In this document: positions 45,401-54,122 of the stretch, in pieces | Layout of the letters: each line of letters starts with the position of its first letter | Numbering within the stretch: position 1 is the first letter of the stretch | Virus record (IMG/VR): IMGVR_UViG_3300032288_003288 | Reading direction: 5' to 3' (one strand) | DNA from: a virus | Length of the DNA: 64,000 bases | Translations under genes and position numbers: made by a program | The notes under the pieces: generated by a model | Database searches by the model: none | Told to the model about the DNA's origin: nothing | Seen by the model: the letters and a program-made list of their open reading frames with translations, nothing else

Positions 45401-45588
45401 AATTCTTGTGTGACAGTATCACCTACAGAAAATCCTGTCAGATCTTCGAGGATCAAAAACTGATAGTGAGATTCCAAAAACTCGTAGTAGGCCTTTACAA
45501 AGGCCACGAAGTTCTGTCCCTCATCCCGATAAAAGTCAGGAAAAAGATTATCGATTAATGGAGAGATAAACTGTTCTACGGTCTTCAT
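42409..45588 (-). CDS. gp7: Baseplate wedge initiator (gp7-like)
   Basis: FVAFVKAYYEFLE, YRSKGTERG..LFFKLIYG and D..YYQEYSY...H.AGTK.FG motifs; between gp6 and gp8. Confidence 0.82.
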   Translation of the reverse strand: MKTVEQFISPLIDNLFPDFYRDEGQNFVAFVKAYYEFLESHYQFLILEDLTGFSVGDTVTQELVGEDASGTIVYVDDVESSVLVYTTTTAPFRCKLRCNVLSPFVSSGGGSTYIEESGSTNPLFHSRKVMKYRDIDNTIDRFVVHFKEKYLKNIQFDVATNRPLVVKNSLNLYRSKGTERGIDLFFKLIYGTKAEIYVPGEHVLKPSDGQWFKPIYLSVSATDRSVDLVGKVIRGQTSGAEAFVEKFIRIRSRGIWVNLLYISNMVGEFVKDEVVGAEKIYSDSPVVFGSLKELNVTNGGSNFVVGDLVNLSALQGSGGQARVTSITDISGFVDFSLFKTGYGYTIDAQELLSLQTLRVSNVATTTTEYFHLLDVVSQANTKGRIVGISSNVALSVTDASSLVTVGEECYQVNANNEITANGTVAQVSLTAGTGFITLQNYSGVFTNSVDLLFRASNTSATFVTLTTDISVANVVGNSQSLAVTANSGAPLQFILSTGNTANLHVGDLIRDSSNLAVVNTYNAAKISSIVNSTAFIVNNSLIVANGSANIVVTNTEPRFGATLATANLTVSSNTSNTTLFVLTTGNTSDISTNDVISGSSNTQIVNTSISSKVASIVNSTAFTSNSALTLANGSVTLSVSNTSVAQTTLTNTSFYIDSSSLGKDGEYNVIDIDDTEVAWFNTDLVFPGNTSYLNTALAAATYGFPKFPSANANSYVLSALDIQARTIGSIGLITTTNPGEDYTADPVALLYEPRVAGSGLKDYYLKVEGIDKTFVSGETILQRFANVNTLNVVVSNTNGFTVGDLIYSAANNLSNGILSYVTSNTLVLVGVSNSAGFTAGNNAVSFSNTTANQAIVSVTSGQQENVARGKVISVGLSGSNDIFMQVERLSVKNFIVGSNVVGTSSGATGNLTISQANLTTASIGLDAVVNSTALISAGLVTGLEVLDSGLGYSNGALITFTSLDGENSGTATAFVEGTGQASGFYKNNKGFLSADKYIYDGDYYQEYSYDVMSRLSIDKYKEMFMKVMHVAGTKMFGSVQIEDKFSVPVTIAESVVEQE

Positions 45589-45591
45589 TCA

Positions 45592-47406
45592 TTATTCTCT
45601 TATTGGAATAATATCGATAACGACATCTTGGGCTGAGATATTAAGAATGATATCTTTTGATGAAAAGATGTCTTTGACTCGTGGTTTGGCATAGATCTTG
45701 ATGTCTGTGCCGTCGTATCCTTCAGTCTTGAAGTTTGCCAAGAATATTTTTCCAGTCTCATAATCCACTGTGCCAGCGAAGCCTAGACTCGTATGTTGCT
45801 GATTAGATTCGCTCACCGAGATGTATTCTAAGTTGCCCATCCCATCGTCTTCCAAGTACACTCTCTGTCCGTTCAAAGTTTTGAACGGAGTAGACTCGAT
45901 GATGTGTTCTTCAACAATAGGATGGAAGTTGCCTGTAGTAACTACAGTAGTCTTCAGAGGAATACCAAAATTGAGCTCATAGTTCTTAGTTCTATTGAGT
46001 TGCGGCCTAAAGTACTTGACTGCTAGAACATCTGTCTCGTTGGACACTATTCCCGTTGCAGCAGAGTCGATCGACTGAACGAGCTTTGAGTATCTCATAG
46101 TACGATTGAAGTCGTTGAGATTGTCATTTGCATAGCGCTGAATGGCTGCCATGACCAGCAACTTAAGATCTCCCGTACTAAGAGCAGAGACGTTGACGTT
46201 GTATCTGACCAACGATCTTACTGAGATATACACGTAGTCGGGATTTGTAAAGATGGGTTCGATCGAGACCATTGTGCGTGGCTTAAGGAAGTTGTAGTAT
46301 TCTTCGATCTTACCAGAAGGGAGAATGTCGGTCTCTTTAAGATCTACTGCCACAAAGACTCTTCCATATTGCGGAGGATCTACAGTCTCACCACCAAATG
46401 CTGAGACTGCATTGATTTCGGGGAAGTTGAGTTTGAGTAGGTTCTCAAAGTCTTCTGTGGTAACAGCGCGTTCTTGAGTAGTAAAGGCTCGAGGAGCATT
46501 AAACTTGATAGACTCCATCGTCTCGTTGACCGAGCCAGCTTCTGCCTTCTTATTTGTAGTAATGAGAATGTCGCTAGATCCGCCGATAGAAGCGTCTGGC
46601 CTAAATTGATTACATCCGTTAGGAAGCTCGCCTTGACTGATGCGATATTCGATGACCACCACGGAGTTGTCTTTTGGTTTACGGCCGATGACGTCGTCTC
46701 CAAAAACTATCTCATATGTGTTATTCTCTGCACCCTGTAAGAAAAATACTTTAGACGTCTCATCATATCCAAACAACGAAGTCGCTCGTTTGTACGTCTG
46801 AGTCGTGGCACCCAGATCTTCTAGCACCGTGACGTTGATGCTCGAGATGTCTACTTGGCGATTAGATATCAAGAATCTCTGCACCGTTCCAGGCACGGTA
46901 GTGTATGTGTCTGTGACGTATGTGCCTTCATAGATATCAACGTTTTGTTCTAGAAAGGTCGAGATGTTACCGGTAACACCCGTCTTATTTGTACAGACGA
47001 TATTCTCTGAAGTAGTAAAAGTAAAGACTCTGTCATTAAATCGTGAAGTAAACGAAGTGCCCTTAGGAATACTGATAGCGCGCGTTTCTGGATTGGTAAC
47101 GCTGATTCGAATATTGACGTTGGCTACAGCAGAAGTAAAAGATGCAGGCGTGTAGTTAAGCTCTTTGGCATGAGAGACGACAGTATCTCTTAGCTGCGCG
47201 GTGTCCAAGAACATCTCGTTGCCCACCATGTTCAGATAGAACGAGTTCATGTATGTGTTGTATGCCAATAGATCTAGCAAGACTGAGATGTTTGATCCCT
47301 CAAAGTCATAGTCTTTGAAACGATCTTGCGACCGCAGATACTGTTTGAAAGTATTCTTTAGTCTTTCGAAGTCTAGATTGCTTAGGATTACACTGGTATT
47401 TGCCAT
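45592..47406 (-). CDS. gp6: Baseplate wedge subunit
   Basis: LDFE.LK...FKDYDFEGSN.SVLLDLLAYNT, QERAVT.ED and PPQYGRVF motifs. Confidence 0.95.
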   Translation of the reverse strand: MANTSVILSNLDFERLKNTFKQYLRSQDRFKDYDFEGSNISVLLDLLAYNTYMNSFYLNMVGNEMFLDTAQLRDTVVSHAKELNYTPASFTSAVANVNIRISVTNPETRAISIPKGTSFTSRFNDRVFTFTTSENIVCTNKTGVTGNISTFLEQNVDIYEGTYVTDTYTTVPGTVQRFLISNRQVDISSINVTVLEDLGATTQTYKRATSLFGYDETSKVFFLQGAENNTYEIVFGDDVIGRKPKDNSVVVIEYRISQGELPNGCNQFRPDASIGGSSDILITTNKKAEAGSVNETMESIKFNAPRAFTTQERAVTTEDFENLLKLNFPEINAVSAFGGETVDPPQYGRVFVAVDLKETDILPSGKIEEYYNFLKPRTMVSIEPIFTNPDYVYISVRSLVRYNVNVSALSTGDLKLLVMAAIQRYANDNLNDFNRTMRYSKLVQSIDSAATGIVSNETDVLAVKYFRPQLNRTKNYELNFGIPLKTTVVTTGNFHPIVEEHIIESTPFKTLNGQRVYLEDDGMGNLEYISVSESNQQHTSLGFAGTVDYETGKIFLANFKTEGYDGTDIKIYAKPRVKDIFSSKDIILNISAQDVVIDIIPIRE

Positions 47407-47825
47407 TATCGGACTCTTTTAAGAACTACTGAAACGGCCGTCGGTTCCAGCACATTGACTACGTAAAAGTATATGTTAACTCTGTAGCTCTGATCTACTT
47501 CGATCGGAGTAACTTCGACGTTGATGATCTTGGCTCTCTTCTCATAGTTGCCTAATACCTCACGAATATTTGATTCTATCATGAGTGCAGTTTCTGGAGA
47601 AATGGGATCGAACAACATCTTTCTGATGTCTCCGCCCAGATTAGGAGCGAAAAGCCTTTCGGTCCTGTTGGTCAGCACCAAGTTACGAATAGAGCGACGA
47701 ACTGCAAACTCATTAGACAGAAGAAAGGCATCCCCAGAATTTGGATGAGGAGTCAAGTCTGTGCTAAAGTCGCTGTACAGCTCTAAAGTCTTATTGCGAC
47801 CAGTTTGAAAAGACGCTCTAGACAT
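47406..47825 (-). CDS. gp25: Baseplate wedge subunit
   Basis: AVRRSIRNLVLT...ER.F.P..G and YE.R motifs. Confidence 0.92.
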   Translation of the reverse strand: MSRASFQTGRNKTLELYSDFSTDLTPHPNSGDAFLLSNEFAVRRSIRNLVLTNRTERLFAPNLGGDIRKMLFDPISPETALMIESNIREVLGNYEKRAKIINVEVTPIEVDQSYRVNIYFYVVNVLEPTAVSVVLKRVR

Positions 47826-47843
47826 GTATCTGTGTTGTTCCTA

Positions 47844-48410
47844 TCATATCATTGTATTTATAGTGATTTGGTTGCTGGTATTCGAGCTAAAAACTATTGT
47901 TACGCCCTTTTCATCTTCCAAAAATGCTTTGAATATCGGTGTTCCAGCTGGAGCAGATACATTTTTTTCTTCTATGGTCTGATTTGATACGGCCATCCTA
48001 TCGACCGCATCAAAGCTATCGAAAGATTTCATCTCACTAGTGATCTGCGCAGTTTTTATTGAAGCTCTAAAGGGAACGAAACGAGTCTCTTTAGTCTTTC
48101 CGGTCTTTTTGTCGTATTCTCTAAACCTAACAATCTCGGTATTGTCGCCTATCTTACGATACTGAAAGTAGTAATTTACTACGTCTTTGTCTTGTGAGTA
48201 TACGACTCGCTCTTTGCTGTCTTTGATAAATGTGTATGAAGAGCTTGGAATTACAGATTTTCCTATGAACTTTGTGATTTCTGCGATGGGATCCATTGAA
48301 ATCCCAGCAGTCCCGTAAAGCTTTTCTGCTGCTTCAGTTCTCTCATCTTGTTCTGTAGGATCGTCTGGATTTGTCTTTATAATTCCAGATAATTCATATA
48401 TCTTTGTCAT
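47844..48410 (-). CDS. Hypothetical protein
   Basis: 188-aa ORF with ATGA-type overlap with the upstream gene; no family recognised. Confidence 0.6.
   Translation of the reverse strand: MTKIYELSGIIKTNPDDPTEQDERTEAAEKLYGTAGISMDPIAEITKFIGKSVIPSSSYTFIKDSKERVVYSQDKDVVNYYFQYRKIGDNTEIVRFREYDKKTGKTKETRFVPFRASIKTAQITSEMKSFDSFDAVDRMAVSNQTIEEKNVSAPAGTPIFKAFLEDEKGVTIVFSSNTSNQITINTMI
47855..47862 (-). promoter_or_regulatory. Late promoter TATAAATA upstream of gp25
   Basis: Exact consensus, about 30 nt before the start. Confidence 0.8.
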
Positions 48411-51247
48411 GGCAACTCCACTTTCGGAAGTCTTGAAACCCCTGCAGGAACTAGGTCGGTCTTGATATTTGCCTTATCTATGATGTCACCCATAGACATG
48501 TTTGTTTTGCGTATAGGTATCCCTTCATACCCATATTTGGTATACTCCACTCTAATATTGTCTGGTAGTATACTATACACTAGCTTCATTAGATTGAAGG
48601 CTTGGGGGAATATTAATTTCATGGCTGTGCCGACAGGGAATCTGCCTGTGCATATGTCTATGACCATTTCTATGGCTTTGAGAATAGTTCCTAGAATAGG
48701 GAACATCTTCAGAATCATGGAAGGTAGGCTGAGGATGAGATCATAAAACTTCTTAAGGAACGCACCAGAAAAAAACCTACGAATCTTGTCCATCAGATCG
48801 GCCCAAGCTTCTTTGACTCTTACCAGAACATTCTCTTTTATGTGGACTTTAAACTTCTTGACTTCTTCTTTCCAGTTTATGCCCATCACTTTGCCTACAG
48901 TCCCGAATAACGGGATCGGGATGTTTAAAATTTGATCGATCAAGCCATCTAGAAGCTTATCTGCCATATCTTTTAACTTGACGATAAGCTTCTTGTCGCT
49001 GTCTTTTACTGATCCACCCTTGCCGTCTTTCTTTTTAAAGCTCTTGTAGATGTCTTCTATCTGTTTCTTGATGGCTTTATACTTGGCAACAGCTGCGTCC
49101 CAGATCGCATCGAAGATCTTATTGAGAGAGATTGAAGGATCGATCAGTATGCCTAGAGCCTTGATAATAGAGCCGATTATCGGGATCTTGGTCAGAAAGC
49201 TCCAGATAGCGTTGACGATGTCGATGACTGTCACATTCAAGATATTTTTAATCCATTGCACGATACGATTATAGATCTCTTCGATCTTATACTCGATAGC
49301 TTCGATGCCGCGCTCTGCATAGATCTCGATCATCTTTGGATCTATAGCACCTATGGCTTTCTCTACTTGCTTATATTTCTCTTTCAATACTTTCTTGAAG
49401 TTTTCTTTGTCTATAAAGTAGTCCAAGATCCTTAGACCTAGACCAGGAATCGGGAAGTTAAAGATGCTCAAGAATGTAGATACAAACGGGATCTTAGTAA
49501 GAGCTCTGATCATGCGTTGGACTAACCAGAGCTCGATGTTCTTCATAAACTCTCTGACTTTATATTCCATTTCGTGTTCCCAGTTCTTTAGCCGGTCAAA
49601 CACCTTGGGAAAGATTCCTGTAATAGTCTCGATAGTCTTTTCAATATTTTTGATGGCGTCCGCAAAGGCACGCTGAGCTTCTTGATCAAAAGCAGATATT
49701 CGTGATCTATACTCAAACAGTTGCAGTTTAAGCTGCGCAGGTATGGTTCCGATAGTCTTGAAATACTCGATCAAATTCTTGTAATTAAAGTTCCCGTTAT
49801 TGGTTATTTCAAGCTCGAACGGTCGTGGCATGTACACTGTAAATAACTTTTCTGGAAGTGCAGCGAGACCTGCGACAGACGGCTTCGCTCTAAGTCCAGC
49901 TAATGGAGACTCAAAGAGTTCTGTCTTAACACCAGTATAGTCTTTAGCGTATGAAGAAACAAAATCACCTTCATACAATACATCAAATTCACCAGAATAG
50001 TTTGTAGAATAATCTACGTCATAGATCAGTTCATAAGGAGTCTCTACACTGCCCGTATACTCTGTAGTATACTCGTCATCTTCATAGCTAGACTCATACG
50101 TGCCGATATATTCTACGGCATAACTTCCACTATACGAACCGATGAATGGTGCTTCAAAGGCTTTTTGATATACAGAAGTAAAAGTTTCTTGATATTGCCC
50201 TGAAGTTTCATAAGTCTGTTCATACGGCAGTATGAAGTCTGTCGTATAAGTGTCTGCGTTATAAGCTTGACCGAACTGTAAGATATAATCTTGAGTATAG
50301 GTCGTTTCATACGTAATATCATATACAGAACCATACTCTGCAGAGTAGTCGCTGAATACTGTAGGATTATATTCAGCTGCAGTAAACTCTTTGATATACG
50401 TTCCGGTGTAGTCTCTCAGATATTGCGAAACATATAGACCAGAATATGTTGCTGTATAAGAACCTGCAGCTCCGAACCCAAATCCGGGTTCATCATATAA
50501 AAGTTCATAGGTTAATATATACGGACCAGCGTCATATACTACAGAATCATAGTCTCTTTGATATGTGTGACTATAGTTTTGTTCGTATAGCGGTGTGCCG
50601 TAAGTTCTTTCATAATCCGTAGACGTATAGCTGGCTAAATAGTTTCCAATGTATTTGGTAGTACCATCATATGTCGGTCCAGCATAACTAATATCAAAGT
50701 TTTCAGTGTTATAAAGAACGTTAAAGTTTGCTGAATAGTCACTTGAAAGATAAGAGACGGTAAAATCGCCACCATACGACACGTTATATCCGACAGTAGG
50801 ACCAGCATAGCTCTTCTCATAACTTAGAAGAACATAGTCAATCAAGTAGTCTGTCTGATATTCTAGATCATAGCTACCGTCGAACGTGCCGTAAGTGCGT
50901 TGATATGTTACAAGATAGTCAGAAGTATATGTGAGCTCATAGTCTATTTCGTAGGACTCTTGATATATTAGGCCTTCGAAGTCTGACTCGTATGTCGTTA
51001 TAGCGTATTCTGAGATAAAAGTGCCAGAATATTTAGTAATAATATCGTACGCTTCTTCATATGCGTTAGTGAAATCTGTCTCATAAGAGGCCAAATAGAG
51101 AGAAGCGTAGTTTACAAATACTGTGCCTGTGTACGTGGCAAGTTCATACGCCAGCGTATATAAGGTTTCATAAGTCCCCTCATATGTGCCAGCGTATAGC
51201 GTACTATACGTCGTATCATAATCACTCGTGTATAGTGCACTTGTCAT
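48407..51247 (-). CDS. Two-part protein: N-terminal Tyr-periodic tract plus C-terminal Ile/Lys-rich amphipathic helical domain
   Basis: About 440 aa of (Y/F)xxx repeats, then about 500 aa of basic and hydrophobic helices; coupled to gp5. Confidence 0.75.
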   Translation of the reverse strand: MTSALYTSDYDTTYSTLYAGTYEGTYETLYTLAYELATYTGTVFVNYASLYLASYETDFTNAYEEAYDIITKYSGTFISEYAITTYESDFEGLIYQESYEIDYELTYTSDYLVTYQRTYGTFDGSYDLEYQTDYLIDYVLLSYEKSYAGPTVGYNVSYGGDFTVSYLSSDYSANFNVLYNTENFDISYAGPTYDGTTKYIGNYLASYTSTDYERTYGTPLYEQNYSHTYQRDYDSVVYDAGPYILTYELLYDEPGFGFGAAGSYTATYSGLYVSQYLRDYTGTYIKEFTAAEYNPTVFSDYSAEYGSVYDITYETTYTQDYILQFGQAYNADTYTTDFILPYEQTYETSGQYQETFTSVYQKAFEAPFIGSYSGSYAVEYIGTYESSYEDDEYTTEYTGSVETPYELIYDVDYSTNYSGEFDVLYEGDFVSSYAKDYTGVKTELFESPLAGLRAKPSVAGLAALPEKLFTVYMPRPFELEITNNGNFNYKNLIEYFKTIGTIPAQLKLQLFEYRSRISAFDQEAQRAFADAIKNIEKTIETITGIFPKVFDRLKNWEHEMEYKVREFMKNIELWLVQRMIRALTKIPFVSTFLSIFNFPIPGLGLRILDYFIDKENFKKVLKEKYKQVEKAIGAIDPKMIEIYAERGIEAIEYKIEEIYNRIVQWIKNILNVTVIDIVNAIWSFLTKIPIIGSIIKALGILIDPSISLNKIFDAIWDAAVAKYKAIKKQIEDIYKSFKKKDGKGGSVKDSDKKLIVKLKDMADKLLDGLIDQILNIPIPLFGTVGKVMGINWKEEVKKFKVHIKENVLVRVKEAWADLMDKIRRFFSGAFLKKFYDLILSLPSMILKMFPILGTILKAIEMVIDICTGRFPVGTAMKLIFPQAFNLMKLVYSILPDNIRVEYTKYGYEGIPIRKTNMSMGDIIDKANIKTDLVPAGVSRLPKVELP

Positions 51248-51972
51248 GGATTGATGTTAACCTTAGGCGCCAAGAGGTTTATCTCGGATCTAGAAACTAT
51301 ATTGACGTCCTGAGCTCCGTCGATGGTGATAGAGCCTTTATTAGCTACTATCTTGATGTCTCCTCCATGAACATAGATCGTCTTGTCTTTGATCACCACG
51401 TTCATGTCCTCGTCCACCACCTTGGTGACCATTCTGCCCTTCTCATTGATCTCTACATATGACCCGCTCTTGTGATAGACGTGTAGTCTTTCATGAGCAG
51501 ACGTGTCATCGATCTCGACGATATGACCGGAACGAGATTCGAATACTTGATTGAACGGATATTGGGCCGCATAGGCAGTAGTTGGTTCAGGACCAACCAC
51601 GGTCTTACGAATCTTATTCTCCCCACGAGCCAACTTATTGACGTCGTGTTGAGTAGGATCATTGCGCGGGATCTTGTGAAAGGTGCCCATGACAACAGGA
51701 AACTGCCCGCCTTGCCCGTCCAAGAAGAAGCCGATGACAGTAGAACCTTGTACTAGACCGGTAGGAGAGTTGCCCTTCTGATCTACGCTGGCAGATGAGC
51801 ATGGCATCATGACCACTGCCCATGGAATGTCTTCAGATGTCAGCTCAGCGTCGTGTAGATTTACGACTCTGACCTTTACTCTGCCTAATTTTTGGGGATC
51901 GTCTAGGTTCTCGACTACGCCAGTAAACCAGCGAAAGCCTTCTTCACCCATGTTTTGAATAGTACCTGACAT
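51244..51972 (-). CDS. gp5: Baseplate hub spike, short form (OB fold plus short beta-helix, no lysozyme)
   Basis: WFTGVVE...DPQKLGRVKVR, IPWA, VIGFFLDG, YPFN...ESRSGH..EIDDT...ERLH..H.SG motifs. Confidence 0.92.
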   Translation of the reverse strand: MSGTIQNMGEEGFRWFTGVVENLDDPQKLGRVKVRVVNLHDAELTSEDIPWAVVMMPCSSASVDQKGNSPTGLVQGSTVIGFFLDGQGGQFPVVMGTFHKIPRNDPTQHDVNKLARGENKIRKTVVGPEPTTAYAAQYPFNQVFESRSGHIVEIDDTSAHERLHVYHKSGSYVEINEKGRMVTKVVDEDMNVVIKDKTIYVHGGDIKIVANKGSITIDGAQDVNIVSRSEINLLAPKVNINP

Positions 51973-51979
51973 ATTATCC

Positions 51980-53233
51980 TCATTGACTCAACAGGTTGCC
52001 CTTGATGCATTCCACATACATGCTATGATTAGGGCGATCGCCGAGTTTTATTACGTGTCTTATTGTAGAGACCATATACTTGCCGCTGATAGACTTATCT
52101 TCTTTTGGAAGCTGTGTCTTGGCGGTAGTCTCAGGAAACTTACATTCTATGATGTCTGAAATATCCATAGCACTGTCGCCGTATAGATGCAGTCTTACAG
52201 TATTACTTATGATCTTGACCATGTAAGATTGTAGGATGGCTCGCTTCTCGGCAATAAGAATATCTGAAGGCTTCTCTGTGGTGATAGGCATCAGCATCGT
52301 CTTGGAAGTAGTGCCGCCATATTTCTTAGAGAACGTAGCAGAGTTATAAGTTCCGCCCTTGTCTGCTGTCACCAACTTATCGGCAACTTTGCCGTCGTCA
52401 TGTCTAATTTGTTTGATCTCACCCGTCAATAGATCTTGAGCGTAGACGATGTTGCTCTGTTCGCCTTCTTGAATGGCAGAACCCGCGTCTCTAAATCCCA
52501 CACGATTGTAGGCTATGATGTTTCTGATCGTCACAGCGGTGGCATCGATGTTGTTAGTCTTGTCAAAGAAGAACACTCTGTCTCCAGCGCCAAACTTTTG
52601 ACCAGACTCGAACAGACTCTCGAGAGTCGTGAAGAAAAAGCCACGTTGGTTTTCGAAGAACACGAACGAGGATGAGAGATGGCGAGTGGAGATGGCATTC
52701 CTTCTGGCCTGATCGATGGCTTGTAGAGGCGTCTTACGGGCTACAAGCATCTCATCGATGCCCTTCGTAGGTTCTATCTGTAGTTTCTTTTTTGAATATG
52801 GCGCGATGTGTGTATCATAAACATCTCGCACGGCGCTACTCAACTCGACCTTATACTTCTTGTTGACCAGTTTATTTGCATTAATAAACCACTCTTCGCT
52901 GACACACTTAAGTATGTAGCGCTGACTCTGTTGGGCTTCTTCGATCCTTTGGTTCAAGACAGACTGCAGATACAAGCGATACTTGGCCGTATTAGGTACT
53001 CCTGGAGTTCTATATTCAAGTTCTACGTATTCACCTTGGCAGAGAATAGGAAACCCGCCATACAAGTTGATGGCATCCATGATATCAAACTCAGCAAAGA
53101 TCACAGGCTGATGTAAGCCCAAGAATATGTCTATTCTCATGACCTGTCTACGAATGTCTACTTCGCGACACCCGTCATTACTCTTCAGCTTAAGAGTCTT
53201 GATCTCTATGTCGCCTGCTACTGCGTTTTGCAT
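51980..53233 (-). CDS. Baseplate hub/tail protein (gp27-like)
   Basis: FVFFENQRGFFFTTLESL and SGKYMV..IRH motifs; between gp53 and gp5. Confidence 0.65.
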   Translation of the reverse strand: MQNAVAGDIEIKTLKLKSNDGCREVDIRRQVMRIDIFLGLHQPVIFAEFDIMDAINLYGGFPILCQGEYVELEYRTPGVPNTAKYRLYLQSVLNQRIEEAQQSQRYILKCVSEEWFINANKLVNKKYKVELSSAVRDVYDTHIAPYSKKKLQIEPTKGIDEMLVARKTPLQAIDQARRNAISTRHLSSSFVFFENQRGFFFTTLESLFESGQKFGAGDRVFFFDKTNNIDATAVTIRNIIAYNRVGFRDAGSAIQEGEQSNIVYAQDLLTGEIKQIRHDDGKVADKLVTADKGGTYNSATFSKKYGGTTSKTMLMPITTEKPSDILIAEKRAILQSYMVKIISNTVRLHLYGDSAMDISDIIECKFPETTAKTQLPKEDKSISGKYMVSTIRHVIKLGDRPNHSMYVECIKGNLLSQ

Positions 53234-54111
53234 TATGTCCTAAACATATTTCTTAGTTGATCTTCGAGTTTCGAAGCGTATCTGACATCGAGAATATTGA
53301 TATTTTTCTTTTCGCGATCTAACTCTAATTCATAATCGTAGTAGTTGACCGCCGACCAATACTTGGCTTCTACGTTTGCAGAGATGTTATTTGCTACCCA
53401 GTGAACAGCAGACTCGCTCTCTTTAATGTCCGCTGTCGAGCCCGACTCGTCTCCCGTCAATGTGTATGTGATAGAAGGTGTGCTATAGTTAAAAGTTCCG
53501 GTCAGGTGCTGCAGTGTCACCACGCTCGTATTCGAGAAAGTACAGAATCCATAGTTGTTTGCATTCACGGCGACCTTTTCACCAGTAGTGAAAGTGCCGT
53601 TGGCGTTCTCTAGTTCTATCTGAACTACTCGATTTGTAGACATGATCAAGTCTTCTTTACGACGATTGTACCCTACGATCTCTCCGAACATGTTTACCTT
53701 ATGAATAAAATACTTCTTCTCTTCTCCAGCTAGAGCTTCGTAGGCGTTTGGATCGATGGTGTTCTCTTCGAACGTATCCCAGTTGGTTCTATAGAAGATG
53801 ATCTTCTTTTGTGCGTTCTCGATAGACCCATACTTTTTTATAATGAAAGGATCGAAGTCTAACTCAGATATTCCTAAATCGAAGTAAGGATCTACGACGT
53901 CGTTGGCAAAGTATAACAGCCACACGTATCCTGAGTCTTCATAGTATCGATGGGCTATGATGTCTGCTCGACCGTCGTTTTCTCTAATGGTATACGGATA
54001 GAACGAGAAGATAGAATTTTTTGTATTCTGATCCAACTTGGCACGTGCCAAGATGTTCTTGACTTGTTGTCCGCCGTAATAGATTGTTGGAAGAGCGTTG
54101 AAGAAGTTCAT
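53233..54111 (-). CDS. gp53: Baseplate wedge subunit
   Basis: FF..LP.I.Y, RADIIAHRYY.D..YVWL...N..VDP and Y.YE...D..K..I.IL motifs. Confidence 0.9.
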   Translation of the reverse strand: MNFFNALPTIYYGGQQVKNILARAKLDQNTKNSIFSFYPYTIRENDGRADIIAHRYYEDSGYVWLLYFANDVVDPYFDLGISELDFDPFIIKKYGSIENAQKKIIFYRTNWDTFEENTIDPNAYEALAGEEKKYFIHKVNMFGEIVGYNRRKEDLIMSTNRVVQIELENANGTFTTGEKVAVNANNYGFCTFSNTSVVTLQHLTGTFNYSTPSITYTLTGDESGSTADIKESESAVHWVANNISANVEAKYWSAVNYYDYELELDREKKNINILDVRYASKLEDQLRNMFRT

Positions 54112-54122
54112 TTTCTATCCTA

